Assembly (NCBI GenBank): GCA_964016885.1
Contig: OZ024741.1
Location: 185,008,001-185,072,000 of the forward strand
From: Eledone cirrhosa
Taxonomy: Eukaryota
Length of the DNA stretch: 64,000 nt
Direction of reading: 5' to 3'
In this document: positions 44,344 to 58,400 of the stretch, in pieces
Numbering within the stretch: the stretch's first letter is position 1
Layout of the letters: each line of letters opens with the position of its first letter
The notes under the pieces: model-generated
Told to the model about the DNA's origin: nothing
Seen by the model: only the letters and a program-made list of their open reading frames with translations
The model's database searches: none
Made by a program: the position numbers and the translations under genes

Positions 44344-45289
44344 TTTGAATGAACAATAATAATATTATAATCATATCATAATGTTATTAATATTCGGTTT
44401 GTTTACAAGTCCAACATATATTTGATTGCGGACATCTGATATATTACGTTCATACCCACGTGCAAATGACACTCCGGGATATGTCCGTATAAATCACTTA
44501 TTGGCCATCTGCTAATAAGGATGCTACATAATTTACTGTTTGAGATTGTTTTTCATATTTATATAGGTATAAATATTTTAATATTTGTGGCGGTGATAAA
44601 GTTGTAGTACATTGGCGGACAAACCTGTGCGCGAAAGTGTTGCATATTTATTTGCCGAGATGGTAGAGGTATAGATTATAAGTACTATACAGAAATTACG
44701 CTGGGTGCCGCTCTCACTACGGATACCAGATGAATACGACAGCTGCAGAATGATGAAATCTATCGCCTCTATAAGATAGTGTCAGTGTTAGAGGTTCGTG
44801 TTAGTTTCTATGTTGGTGTATTGTTTTGAGATTTGGTGTTGTTATTGAGATACACGGTGTGCCTGTAATAGATTTACTTTTAATTTTTATTTAGTTTTTA
44901 TTGGTACTAGGTGGACGATTTAGTGAAGGAATATATTTATAGTAGGTGTTGTTTCTTGGTATGTGTCGCAATTTGTCTTGGTGTTGTGTCTTGTTGGATA
45001 TTTAGGGTGTGTGTAGACACACGTACACACACATGCGCACACACAAATATATATATATACATAAACATATATAATGTATATCTATCTATCTATCAATCAG
45101 TCTATCCATCTATCTATCTATACATACATGCATACATACATACATACATACATACATACATACATACATACATACATACATACATACATACATACATACA
45201 TACATACATACATACATACATACATACATGATGGTTGAACCCTCGATATCAGATATGGCCATTGCACGATATAACATTATTAATAATTA

Positions 45290-45790
45290 TCAATTAATGC
45301 GAGCGTACAATGCCTGTGCATGAAGATTTGTTTTAAAGAGAGGAAAGACTGTGCACTGAGCCAATCCCACTCTCTGAGTGACAGTAGCTTTAACCCGAAA
45401 AGATCAACATCATCGGTAACTACTGAGCCGCAGGTTGGTTTTATGTCGGAGTTATTCCAGTCTCCTGAGTTGCCTTCTCCTAGAAGAATGCCCTGAAAAA
45501 GGCTAGTCATTTAACCGTGCAATCGGGTATACGGCCCGATTATTTCTATGTTCCCACGCATATACATACACATGCACACATGTATATACATAATTACACA
45601 CTTTTGGATGGCCGTTGACTCTTATGAGTTCTTCCGCCCTTTGTCAGGTTTACTTTTTATCCTGCAGGTTGTCCAAAATTAGCAGGTAAACTTGTAGGGA
45701 TTGCCGGTTCAGTCGCCGACGACCCAACTATGCGACAGATTGTACTGGGTTACATGTTACCAGTAGCACTCAAGAGTGACCCGACATAAA
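45290..45790 (-). mobile_element. Diverged relative of the 18685/19465 element
   Basis: Reverse complement matches GTGCTACTGGTAACATGTA..CCAGTACAA and GAGTCAA.GGCCATCCAAAA. Confidence 0.6.
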
Positions 45791-45837
45791 CATACACACA
45801 TACATACAAACATTCATACATACATACATACATACAT

Positions 45838-46143
45838 CTACGGACCATTGATGAGGAGTTTACAAATCCAGTAACCAAGATACACCTTTATCTTCATACC
45901 CATCATTATGGAGCTACGGGTTATATACCAACCCGCTTGGACCAATGTATAACTGAACTTGGATTTGCGGACAAAGAGCGCAGCTTCCTAATTCATAGTC
46001 TACAAATGGCTACGATAGCTGGTACCTTCAAAATTTGCAAAACATTCTTGCGATTCAAGGGATGACAATTTCTTTTCTTTTACAACCTTGCCACCAGGAA
46101 GATGGCCGGTCAAAAATATACTCGAAATTAAGAGAAAGAGATA
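45838..46143 (+). mobile_element. 3' fragment of an R4/Dong-like retrotransposon
   Basis: ELGFADKERSFLIHSLQMATIAGTFKICKTFLRFKG* is homologous to the C-terminus of the 46685 ORF; (CATA)n on both sides. Confidence 0.7.
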
Positions 46144-46264
46144 ACATACATACATACTTACATACATACATACACACACACATACATACACACACATACA
46201 TACATACATACTTACATACATACATACACACATACATACATACGTACGTACATACATACATACA

Positions 46265-47980
46265 AAGGATATAGGAATGGAGTTTGGCCAAGATAAATGC
46301 TCATAAATGACTGTAAAGCGGGGAAAAACAACAACTTAATCTAGCAACATTGTCATCAATGGCCTAATTGTTTCACCGATATCTGATGAGGACTGCTACT
46401 GATACCTGGGGATAGATGAGAACATATCCTATAATGGTATCTGTAATAAAGAACGCGTAACCAGGGAATACTACACCCGGTTAAGAAAGATCTGGTCATC
46501 GGAACTCTCTGCGCAAAAAAAAAACAGTGGCTCACAATGTGTTTGCTGTGCCTGTGTCCTAACACCAACGTTTGGAATACTCAATTGGACGATAGACGAA
46601 ATCTGAGCAGTTGATGTTGGAACTCGAAAAATACTGAACAACACCGGAAACTTCCACATCAACAGTGACATAGACCGCCTTTACTTGAAACGTAAGCAGG
46701 GAGGCAGAGGCCTAACATCAGTCCAGACAGCATTTGAATGTCGCATCATATCTCTCCGACAACATCTACGAACCTCGAAGCGTAGGAGCCCGTTTCTCGA
46801 GCTAGTCTATCTGCATGAAACAGATAAGATCATGAGAGTTGGGAAAGAACCCCTGGAGAGATATTCCCTGTGTGATAATCAAAAACTCACACCCAGGGAA
46901 GTCGCTCAGCTGTATCGCAGTGAATCCATGGATGAAAAACTGTATGCTTATCAGCAAAAAATCATGCATGGATATGTTGCCAGGAAGCTCCAGAGTGAGA
47001 GTAATATAGATAAGGAAAGTAGTCTATCTTGGACCAACAACCGCTATATTGGCTCCCACTTTGAAGGATATGCTTTTGCAATCCAGGAACAGGAGGTTAA
47101 CACGAAATACCTGATTCACAAAAGAGATAAGGATGCAGGCAAAACACCTAGATGTGATAACAAGTACAGACTCTGCAGAATTAACATCGAGGATATCACC
47201 CATGTCATCAGCAGCTGTCCAAAGATGTCATCGCGGTACAATCTACCTATGAGGCATGATGTAGTGGCCAAAACATTATACAATGCAGTTCGTAAAAAAG
47301 ATAGCCCCGATAATAAACACATTACGAGCTACAGCAATGTGGAAGACATCCATGTACATAATATGAAAGAGTACTGGTGGTATGTTCCAGTAAAAACCCC
47401 AATAAAATACATGCATAACAGACCAGATATTATGATATGGGAGAGGGAGAAGAAAGCATGCACAGTAGTGGAAATTAGCTGCCCAGCAGATGCCAATATA
47501 ATATCAAAGATTAGTGAAAAGGAGAATATTTATGCAGAACTAATGAGAAATCTGCAGAGACTCCACCCTGATTACACCTTCAGATTTATGCCTGTGATTA
47601 TTGGGGCACTGGGATATGTTAGTAACTGCCTCAATACAAATATTGAGAAGCTAGGCTTCACAGGAACAGAAATAACACAACTAGTTAGGAAATTACAAGT
47701 ACAATCCATTAACGGAACAGTAAAAATATGTAAAACATTCCAAAAATTGTGCATCTAATAACTGCATATACACATGTACAGATGCAAAGCATATATACAT
47801 GCACACATACAACTCAAAACATACACATCCACACATACATTAACATCCATATCTACACATGCATACATACATATCTACCTAGTTGATGTTGTGTAAATTC
47901 CAATGAGAGAGTATTGTGTCTATGTTAGAAACCGACTCTCTCTCTATTGTTAAAACTTTGTGAAATTATAAAACCAGAAG
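46265..47980 (+). mobile_element. 5'-truncated R4/Dong-like (RLE) non-LTR retrotransposon
   Basis: GMEFGQDKC and YLGIDE RT end; 357-aa frame 46685-47758 with GGRGL, AIQEQEV, ITHVISSC, RHD, HNRPDI..VEISCP; AATTATAAAA 3' end; (CATA)n flanks. Confidence 0.9.
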
Positions 47981-48004
47981 AACATACATACATATATACA
48001 TATA

Positions 48005-48345
48005 GAAGTTAAGACTGACGGTTCAGACGAATAATGGTGGAAGCTAAAACTAGAATCCACTACCAAATTAAAATGCTCTCTTCTAGAAATCAGTTGCCCA
48101 CTTGATCTCGATGTGAATACGCTCTGACTACAGATCATTGATGAGTTTGCAGATCTAGTACTCGAGATCCATGTTCAGATTCATGCCAATTATTATTAGA
48201 GCTACAAGTTATATACATATGAACCCATCTAGAATGAAAAGATGAAAGCTTACACAAGGTAGGATGAAAATTTCGCTTTCTTTACAATCTTGCCTCCAGG
48301 AAGGTGACCGGTAAGGAATGAACTCAAAATTAAGAGAATGAGAGC
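48005..48345 (+). mobile_element. Decayed 3' fragment of the same RLE group
   Basis: LEISCPLDLDV motif; 3' UTR similar to 46060-46143. Confidence 0.55.
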
Positions 48346-48484
48346 ATGCATAGATATTCACATACATATATATACATACAAATGTATAGACACAATCAAT
48401 AAAATAGTACTAAAAATATGGAATGTAGGTTTGTAAAGCTATTTTAATCAATGAAAAAATGTATAAAATGTATGTGTGCATATA

Positions 48485-48520
<36 letters not shown>

Positions 48521-48968
48521 CTGAAAGAGAGGGAGAGATAGTGAAAGATATATATATATATACTGAAAGAGAGGGAGAGATAGTGAAAGAGAGATATAGA
48601 CACAGACACACAGAGGGAATGTGGGGATAGAATATAAGTGAGGGTTATAAGTTAGTTTCCTTTATAAGCCTAGTAACATTTTAGTGAAATGAAATGTCAA
48701 AATGTGAGACACGATGCTGAGATCACAAAGATATGTCAAAATGTGATAAAAGTCTCCAGCTTAATTAATTCTCCTTGTATGTAGAGATTATGTTTTTAAG
48801 CTAGACTTTAATAATGGCTAGTTAGATCTTTTGATTTTCTATTCATTTTTTTACTTTCTGTTTTATACAAAAATCGTACTGAACTTAATTGTACTGAACT
48901 TAATAAAAATAGATATCCATATGATGCCCTCTCTTACGCACATTACACGCATTTACATATATTTATAT

Positions 48969-49021
<53 letters not shown>

Positions 49022-49029
49022 TTGAAAAA

Positions 49030-49136
49030 AAATGAAAACGAAATTTCATTTCTCACTCTTAGTATGGCACTTACTTAAATGTAAGTATGTATGTATACGT
49101 ACATACATATATGTATACAGACGTACAGTAGCATGC

Positions 49137-49225
<89 letters not shown>

Positions 49226-49386
49226 CATACAGGTACACATACATATATGCACGCATCAGTTTATGCCTTAACACCGTATGGCATAAATTCAGGCTGTTCG
49301 GTTTGTTGACAAGCAAACGAACAAAGCGGCGTTATAATAAACGTCCGCTAAACTGATGCGTGCATATATGTATGTGTACCTGTATG

Positions 49387-49434
<48 letters not shown>

Positions 49435-49484
49435 TGCTACTGTACGTCTGTATACATATATGTATGTACGTATACATACATACT

Positions 49485-49490
<6 letters not shown>
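49030..49490. repeat. Family A fold-back remnant
   Basis: ~49080-49264 inverted against ~49350-49490; homologous to 510-620. Confidence 0.7.
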
Positions 49491-49523
<33 letters not shown>

Positions 49524-49915
49524 GGAAATTTAGTAAAATCGAATCTCTGGCGGTTTGCAAGCAAATTCGGCCTACTAATATGAAATGATGAGTTAGCAAA
49601 GCACTCGATAAGTTAGGTCCTTAGAGTAATAACATACGTTTAAATAGCTTGACAAATCGAACATTGTGGTAGGCAAAATCTAACACACAATAATATACCG
49701 AAGTAACGATAGAACTAACAGGTTGGTTTGTTGGTTCACCACTGGATAGAACTAGTCATTCCGTGTGGTCAACCTCGACGTAATATTATGGAGGGTACTC
49801 AACGTAATGCAACTCACCCATCTTCGTTTGTGTAGTTGGTGTTGCGCGTACGGAGTTAATTATTATAAAATATAACAGGAGGGTGGACTGGTGTAAATCA
49901 TTGAAAGATTTATTA

Positions 49916-49971
49916 TACTATGATCATTTCAATGACCGGGTTCAGTATGAATCTGGTGACATCATCAGGTA
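49916..49971 (-). ncRNA. Minimal hammerhead (family K)
   Basis: Minus strand tac-CTGATGA-tgtcaccagattca tac tgaacccggtcatt-GAAA-tgatca-TA-gta. Confidence 0.7.
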
Positions 49972-50153
49972 ATTCAAAATATAACGAAGGAATATAACAG
50001 ATAAAATCCATGGTGCTGAAAATCTATCCGGTGACATCATCAGGTAATTCAGAATATAACGAAGGAATATAACATAAAATCCATGGTGCTGAAAATCTCT
50101 GAATTTCAGCACCATGGATTTTATCTGTTATATTCCTTCGTTATATTTTGAAT

Positions 50154-50209
50154 TACCTGATGATGTCACCGGATTCATACTGAATCCGGCCATTGAAATG
50201 ATCAAAGTA
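50154..50209 (+). ncRNA. Minimal hammerhead (family K), U16.1 mutated
   Basis: tac-CTGATGA-tgtcaccggattca tac tgaatccggccatt-GAAA-tgatca-AA-gta. Confidence 0.65.
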
Positions 50210-50334
50210 TAATAAACCTTTCAAGGATTTACACCACCAGTCCAGCCGCCTGTTATTTTATAATATATATATATATATATAAACGGAAAAAATGAAACGA
50301 AATTTCATTTCCCACTCTTAGTACAGGAAAGTAT

Positions 50335-50377
50335 ACGTTGCTGACGATATCTAATAAGCTTGAAACTAGTACAGCGT
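50335..50377 (+). ncRNA. Minimal hammerhead (family A)
   Basis: acgttg-CTGACGA-tatctaataagctt-GAAA-ctag-TA-cagcgt. Confidence 0.75.
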
Positions 50378-50754
50378 TCCTTTGTCAGTGTTGAACAAAC
50401 GAGCAAAGATGGTTGCTGGACACTACGGCTTAATACGGGATATTTGTTTACAAACACACCGAGCATTATAATAAATGTTCGGTGAATCCATACGTCCATA
50501 TATATATGTGTGCATTTATGTATATATATATACATACTACTGTACGTCTGTATACATATATGTATGTACGTGTACATACTTATATTTAAGTAACAGCCGT
50601 ACTAAGAGTGGGAAATGAAATATCGTTTCATTTTTTCCGTTTATCGTTTTCGGTGCACTCGGCCGATTAACCCACTCGATATGCAAATTGGGCTACTCAG
50701 CCGTTAATATGCATAAGGTAAGTATATACGTTCAACAATCTGACAGGAAGGTAT

Positions 50755-50797
50755 ACGTTGCTGACGATAGCTAATAAGCTTGAAACTAGTACAGCGT
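50755..50797 (+). ncRNA. Minimal hammerhead (family A)
   Basis: acgttg-CTGACGA-tagc taataa gctt-GAAA-ctag-TA-cagcgt; all stems pair. Confidence 0.85.
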
Positions 50798-51152
50798 TTC
50801 TTTGTCAGTGTTGAACAAACGAGCAACGATGGTTGCTAGACACTACGGCTTAATACGGGATGTTTGTTTACAAACACACCGAGCATTATAATAAATGTTC
50901 GGTGAATCCATACGTACATATATACATGTGTGCATGTATGTATATATATATATATATAATACTACTGTACGTCTGTATACATATATGTATGTACGTGTAC
51001 ATACTTATATATATATATAACTGGTGTTGGATGCTTAAAGTGTCCGTATGCGGTAGGCCGTTTGAACACTTGATGCTCACATAGAGCAGAGTATCATATC
51101 ACAGAAAAAAAAAGAGAATCAGTGATGGAAAATCTGCTTCGTAGAATCAAGA

Positions 51153-51244
51153 CGTATCTGAGGACCTTACGATTTTCAGAGTCAGGTTCGATCATCGCAT
51201 CGATCGTGCCTCGAGGTGGTCGCCAGAGAAACGATCGTAATATG
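51153..51244 (+). ncRNA. Hammerhead (family L) within a remnant having ~30-bp inverted ends (51097-51297)
   Basis: cgtat-CTGAGGA-irregular 63-nt stem II-GAAA-cgatcg-TA-atatg. Confidence 0.6.
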
Positions 51245-52322
51245 TCCAATAAATTCCATTCGTCGCAACACTGATTCTCTTTTTTTCTGTGATATATATA
51301 TATATATACACATATAATTGCATAGATACTTACACACACATACTCTCACGTGCACTCACGTGCATGCACGCTCCTCACTCATAAATGTATATATATATCA
51401 TATAAACCATATATAAATCATATATATATATATATATGATTTCTCCCGAATGAAACAGTTCTAGTCCTGTAGAAGCCTTTTCTCTCTCTCTCTATATATA
51501 TATAAAGAGCGAGAGAAAGAGAGACGGTGCTGAGCGGTGGAGGAGAATACGCGTATAATCTAATACAATATTCATGCCATTCGCCGTTGAAGCATGTGCT
51601 GTTTTCGGGCAAAATCTGGAACTCTGAAAAATCTGGAAAAGTGGATCTCGCTTTAGGAAGGAACTATGTGAAGTATAGTCGTTGATGCAGCTGGTGTTGC
51701 GGGATGTCCTTTGTCGCAACGCTTTCCCCATCTTTGCAGATATAATGATTTAACTGGGATGTAGAATCCGCTAGCATTTAACGTGGAAATTATAAGACGG
51801 CCATTTTTAAAACAATGGGCAGAGAGCCGAAAGAAATATTGCAAGTAAATCTATTTAATCTTCTAATGGCTTTGCCATTTCGATTGTATCACAGTAAAGA
51901 TCCACTATCTCACTACTCAATTATTTGTCTTTTGTATTCAATGTATATGTACCAATAAAATTGGCAGTTTTATTTTGAACTTATATTCTTTTATTGGTTT
52001 CAGCCATTCAAGTATGGCCATTTTCGGACACAGCTCTTAAATACACATTCTATTAATTTGAACTAAGCGGATATATGTTATCATCCTAAAGAGATTAAAT
52101 GGCTAACTTGAGCTGAGTAGGACTTGAAAGTCAGCGACTCCTCCGCCATATTATATGGTTTTCTTTCACATTTCTCTAAGCATATTGGCCGGGAACATTT
52201 TGCAATACCCTCACACGAGCTTCTTCCACACCTAGGAGGAAGGGAACACGCGATCTTCTTACAACACAGCTTAGAGCTATTGTTACATTATTAAAACATA
52301 CATACACACACACATATATATT

Positions 52323-53154
52323 CTAGGGCGGGTAAAATTCCCGAGATCCATGGACGAGTTCTCTCCAGCGGTCTCTGTCCCTCATTATCGCTTCCATGTA
52401 CTGCGTCTCCAACAGACCAGTGTCTGTCCTTAGGGCATCAACATACGTTAATATTGGTCTTCCTCTTCTAGTGTGTCGATGTAGGGGCTCCCACAGGAGC
52501 ATTGAGTGCAATGTCAACTCTGAATGTCGGTGAGCATGTCCAGCTAACCTCAATCTCCTCTGTGTCACTTTTATACATTGGCTCCCTACCTTTTTATCAT
52601 CGTAGTGGACTATTGTATGCGCCTTACACTGGAGAAACACCTGGACTCTGGCTTTACTGTAGCACCGGCTCAGAGAGGGAGAGTTAAAGCGAAAAAGATA
52701 TCGGATGTTGAATTTGCCGACGACATAGTTTTGGTGACAAATACAGTGAAGGAGGCAGAGTATTTGATGCAGGAGGTTGAGACTGTGTCGATGAGTGTGG
52801 GGCTAAGAATGAATGAGACTAAAACAAAATATCTGGTAGAGAATGTTGAGAAGCCAGAGGGGATCACTAATGTAGGCGGGAAGCCGCTAGAATTGGTTGA
52901 GTACTTCCTGTATTTGGGAGCAAAGATTGGGAATACGGAAGATGATGTGGTTGAGAGGAAGAGCAAAGCCTGGCCGGCGTGCCACAGCTTGAGATCGGTG
53001 TGGAAGTCGGACCTTCGTAAAGACCTGAAAATTTGCCTCTTCATCGCTGTAGTGGAGACTGTACTATTGTACGGGTTTGAGACTTGGACACGGACCAAGA
53101 AACTCACTCAGATGGTGGATGGGTGCTACATGAGAATGCTGAGGATGGCTCTGA

Positions 53155-53157
<3 letters not shown>
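52323..53157 (-). mobile_element. RTE-clade LINE with 5' inversion
   Basis: 3' end on the minus strand (52323-52572, KVTQRRL...EFYPP*); RT part on the plus strand (52578-53157, LAPYLF..FADD..YLG..LLYG.ETW..MALN). Confidence 0.9.
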
Positions 53158-53208
<51 letters not shown>

Positions 53209-53272
53209 ATGCGTGTGTGTGTGTGTGTGTATAAGAGAGAGAGATAGAGAGAGTGAGAGGGAGAGAGAGAGA

Positions 53273-53355
<83 letters not shown>

Positions 53356-54074
53356 CTAACAATTGTAGCCAGTACTTGACTGGCTCTCTATTTATCATTT
53401 GCAGATAAGGCGATGAAAGGCAAGTTTTACCGACAACAAGATATGAACTCAAAAGTACTTTTTTCGAGACTCTACTGTTTCCAATAATCAAACCTCTTTC
53501 ATCGTAAACAAAATCCACGAAGGTATTTTTTTCTGATTTTCTACCGATTCTGTCATCCCCCATATCCTTTACTTTTGATGCATATTTTTACATTCCTCCT
53601 CTATTTACATAAGATTTAATGTTTGAAATGAGATTTCTGAAAATCTTTAATGTTAGTTTTAGAAATAATGCTGCATTATTGAATGGAAGTTTGAAACTGC
53701 CGCTGTTTACATCTGGGCATTTAACAGACACCAGACATGTCAATGCATAGAACAAGAGGTTCTTCTTTAGCCTCTTGGTTAATGCTGCGGATTACTTCAC
53801 TCATGACTATATGAACAACAAGGACAACAATACAGATAATAATAACAAGAAAAACAGCATCTACGACAATAAAGATTTTAACAAAAGTGACTGCTCTAAA
53901 GAGAAACAATCACATCAACAAGCACATCAACAACAAAAACAGCAACAACAATTCTGTATTTCATTTGGATTGAGGATAATGGGATTCACAATGATCAGAA
54001 TGATGATGATAATAATTGTGATGTTAAAGATTAAGATGAAAGTGATTGTAATAATAACACTACTGCTACTACTG

Positions 54075-54129
<55 letters not shown>

Positions 54130-54141
54130 AGCTGCTGCTGT

Positions 54142-54209
<68 letters not shown>

Positions 54210-54221
54210 AGAGTAATACCA

Positions 54222-54625
54222 ATAATGGTTTCTTATATAGGCACAAGGCCAGCAATTTTGGGGGAGGGGAAAGTCGATTAAATCGACCCCAGTGCATTAC
54301 TGGTACTTTATTTTATCGACCCCAAAAGGATGACAGGCAAAAATAACCTCGGTGAGATTTGTACTCAGATCGTAAAGTGGGGTAAGCCTATGCCATAAAG
54401 CATATTGTCCGACGCTCTACCGATGTTGCCAATCTACTAATAACGATAATAATTGTTTCTACTTTAGGCACAAGGCCAGCAATTACCCCAGTGCATTACT
54501 GGTACTTTATTTTATCGACCTCGTAAGGATGAAAGGCAAAGTTAACCTCGGCGGGATTTGAACGCAGAATGGCAAGGGCCGCTACTCTATGCGTCAAAGC
54601 ATGGCGTCCGACCCTCTACCGATAA
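54222..54625 (-). mobile_element. Two tandem tRNA-derived SINEs
   Basis: Two complete core/B-box sets (~54222-54440 and ~54450-54625). Confidence 0.85.
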
Positions 54626-55047
54626 TACTAATAACGATATTTACTCTACTAATAACGATAATAATGATAATATTCTATACAAAGAGAAAGAGGTCACAAC
54701 ATTAGGGAGTTAAAAGTATTACAACCAACCGCAGTAATTAGAGCCACTTATTCTATAAAGCCTAAGGAAAGATGAAAGGTATAGTTGACTGCTCTGTGTG
54801 CTTCGAACTCATGAGAGGACATATATAATTGTATTAATTGACAATACAAATTAATTAATTAAATCTTAAATTAAATACAAATAAAATGTATTTGAAGACA
54901 TTTTCTCATAATAGAATGATTTCTTTTTGTGTTCTTTTTTATGATGATTTTTTATGCTACTGCTCTGGCTGCTCACTATAAGCCCAACTGTGCCACCAGA
55001 CCTAGGATCAAAGTCGTTTCAGATGTGCATAGTGCACAATGTGTGTG

Positions 55048-55111
<64 letters not shown>

Positions 55112-55130
55112 ATATATATATATATATATA

Positions 55131-55321
55131 TAGGAACGAGTAGGACCCCGACGGCTGAGCTCAAGCCGTTTCGACGGCTAATTCTGGACTGAATTAGCCG
55201 TCGAAACGGCTTGAGCTCAGCCGTCGGGGTCCTACTCGTTCCTATTACACACTCTACTACCCTAAGTATTGAGTACTTTGGTGCGTTATGGTCCACCTGG
55301 TTCTTTACTACATTTCCTTCG

Positions 55322-55323
<2 letters not shown>
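55131..55323 (+). mobile_element. Family C fold-back copy
   Basis: Palindrome 55131-55244 centred at ~55187 plus tail, in (TA)n. Confidence 0.75.
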
Positions 55324-55413
<90 letters not shown>

Positions 55414-58400
55414 AGCTGATAGTAGACGTGTGTTACTTTGGCTGCAGGCTTTTGGATTTGTATTACGTTTTTGACTGTGAGTTTGTTTTTCATTTGCTTT
55501 ATTTGTGTGACCTAACCTTCCGCCTGGACTTGCAGACGGGTGTAAAAACGACTTTGAAAAATTTGTATACCAACTTACAATAATGGACACCATACATGAA
55601 AACACAACTGCAACGCTCCCCCCCCCCCCCCCCTTCCTCCCCCCCCACACACAGAAAGTGGTAAAGAGCAACAAGTAACTCAACCTACTGAAGATTCCCT
55701 TCTCTCGCTTTCGCATGCGAGTATGGAAGTGGATTTGGCGAACAATTCTAAAAACTTGGGTAATAACCCAAACAATGGAAACACCAAATTGAAAGAATGT
55801 ATAAATTACACTGACACCAACAACACCAACACAAATAATAAAGAAAATAACACAAACACACAAAAGCGAAAACAGCAGCAACAATGACAAAGAAAACAAC
55901 ATATATGTGAACTCAAAACCCGAAAAAATGGGTGAAAACCAAAAAAACTGTACCGCAAACGACAACAACCAAAACGCAAAGACCCAACAAAACAGGAACA
56001 ATAGCAACGAAACACACAAAAAAAGACCCACTACACGAATATCCTTTGCCCAGGTCGTTAAGGAGACCGAAACTTTCACCCCAGTTGACATCAGTAATGC
56101 AGAGGAATTGCTAAAAGAGGGGAGAAAACAGGTGAGCTTTGGTGAAAACGGTGAATTCACCATAATCTCCCCTAAGGATATTAAAAGAGACACGGTTCTA
56201 AGGACAATTAATTTTAGAACTATATCAAATGCGTCGAAAAAACCAGCTCGATTATCACATAGCGAAATTGAGCTGGGAGTCCGGAGGTGGGAGTGGGGTT
56301 GTCGTTCTGCTGCAAAAACATCTGGGTCTTGCCGCACAGACGGTACACCTGGACCCGGAGGGTCGACTGGTGGTTTTAGACGTTGGCTGTGGTGAAGGCG
56401 GAGCTTTTAGGCTGGTCGCCGCCTACGCCCCTTTTGGGTCAGCGCGGCCGGATTTCTTCCAACATCTGGAGACTTTTCTAGGGACGTCCCGCTCCTTGCT
56501 TTTAGTAGGGGGACTAGAATGGTATCCTAGATGAACGTTGGGAATATATAGGGGCATGTCCTGTTAGAGGGGGTTGTAACAGCCTCAAGGGGTTAATCGG
56601 CCGATTCGATCTGGCCGATAGACATCCACTAGATTTTGCGACTGTGCCAACCTGGACTTGGTCAAACCGCAGCCGTCAATCTAGATCGTACCTAGATAGT
56701 TTCTTAGTTAGAAATAAGGATAGGGACTTTTTAAGTTGTCCAGAATTGCTCATGGTTGGCTATTCAGACCACAAGTTAGTGACCTCCATGGTCAACCTTG
56801 ATAGAACGCATAGACAGGGACCCGGTTACTGGAAGCTCAACTTGTCCTTACCGGCAAGTAAAGCTTAGAGGGACCGGATTAGTACTTCAGTTAAGGAGCG
56901 GTTGACGGGCGCCATCCTCAACAGCAGGTGGTGGGGCTCTCTCAAAAGAGAGATTAGAGTAGCTTAAATAGGAGTTAGAAAGGAGTTAGCTTCAGATAGA
57001 AATAGGAAGGAAAGAGAGTTGGTAGATAGTGTAGAAGAGGCAATTAGTAGCGGCGACGTAGCCAGAGTGCTAGCGTCAAGAACGGCCTTGGACCAGTTCT
57101 GCGACGCGAAACACGAAGGCTGCGTTGTCCGAAGGAAAATACCTGCTCTGGGAAACGAGGGGACCAAAGCTGTTAGCTGGGCCCGCGTGACAGCAGCCAA
57201 AAGTGTGGATTAGATCCAGTATCCGGTCTTTGCGAGACCAGGATGGACGGGTGATCCTTGAACCTAAGCAGATGTGCGAGGTCTTTCAAAGGCACTTTGC
57301 CCGATTGTTCGGAAGGGGCGAGGAGGCGAAAATCCTGCGAGAGGCCAATCTCATCTGCTGAAATAGGGGACGTGCTGAGCCAATGCGGCAGACGCAAATC
57401 TCCGGACCTCGATGGTCTTCCATACGAACTGTATTTAAGTATGCCGGGCTTGTTCTTCGATCTTCTCGAGGCGGTCTACTGCATCTGACAACAGAACGGG
57501 AGAAGTCCCTGTTCTGTGACCAAGGGCGTAATCTCGCTAGTGAGGAAGGACGAGAACAAGGGGATGAAATAAGTAATTTTAGGCCCATAACTCTGCTGAA
57601 TGCAGAGTTAAAGATTTTGGCCAAGGTGTTAGCAAAGGGGTTGGCGCTTGTCGTGGGCAACCTGGTGGGAGATGCGCAGACATACGCCATCCCGTCCAGG
57701 TCCATTCACGACAACCTCCATCTCATGCGATACATCATAGAGAGGGTTGGGAATGAACCCGGCTTTGGTGGGGCCCTGATCAACTTGGATCAATCTAAGG
57801 CTTTCGATAGGGTCGACCATCGTTACCTGGATGCGGTGCTAGTGGCGGCAGGTTTCGGGCCCGTTTTCAAGGGCTGGATCACTGCCATGCACAGCAGCCG
57901 CATCTGCTCTAGGGTCAAGGTGAACGGCTACTTCGGAGCCGTTCGAAATCACGCGGTCCATCCGACAGGGATGCCCTCTCTCCTCCCTTCTGTATGTATT
58001 GGCCCTAGAGCCACTGCTGCGGAAGTTGGAGTTGTTACAGGGCATCCCTTTAGAACCAGGATTGCGGAAAGCGGTGTCGGCCTACGCCGATGACGTGACA
58101 GTAATGGTGTCAACCGCCTCGGAAATAGGGGTGATCGGCACCTTACTGGAGGAATACGAAAAGTTTACAGGAGCTAAGCTGAACCGGGACAAGTCAGTCG
58201 GTTTGCAACTCGGCGACTGGAGGGGAAAACCGATGGCCTCCAACAGCGTCGTCGGACGTTGGGCGGAGGGACCGGTGAAATTGCTCCGGGTCTGGTTCGG
58301 GCCAGACCTCGAGGTGGAGAAGAACTGGGGTGAGGTATCAAACAGGGTGTTTGCGCTGACGCAGAAGTGGGATGAGTGCAAACTATCCATGAAAGGTCAG

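Larger units (their letters stand above)
49862..50265. mobile_element. Fold-back Penelope-like remnant (family K) with two opposed HHRs
   Basis: Long inverted arms with an internal ~70-bp duplication. Confidence 0.75.
50281..51007 (+). mobile_element. Family A element: short inverted 5' piece plus ~1.6 tandem 420-bp units, in (TA)n
   Basis: 50281-50324 inverted against ~50599-50643; units start near 50325 and 50745. Confidence 0.8.

Noticed and set aside
55402-56337. 311-aa minus-strand ORF
   Set aside because: Antisense shadow of the A-rich Tx1 ORF1 region
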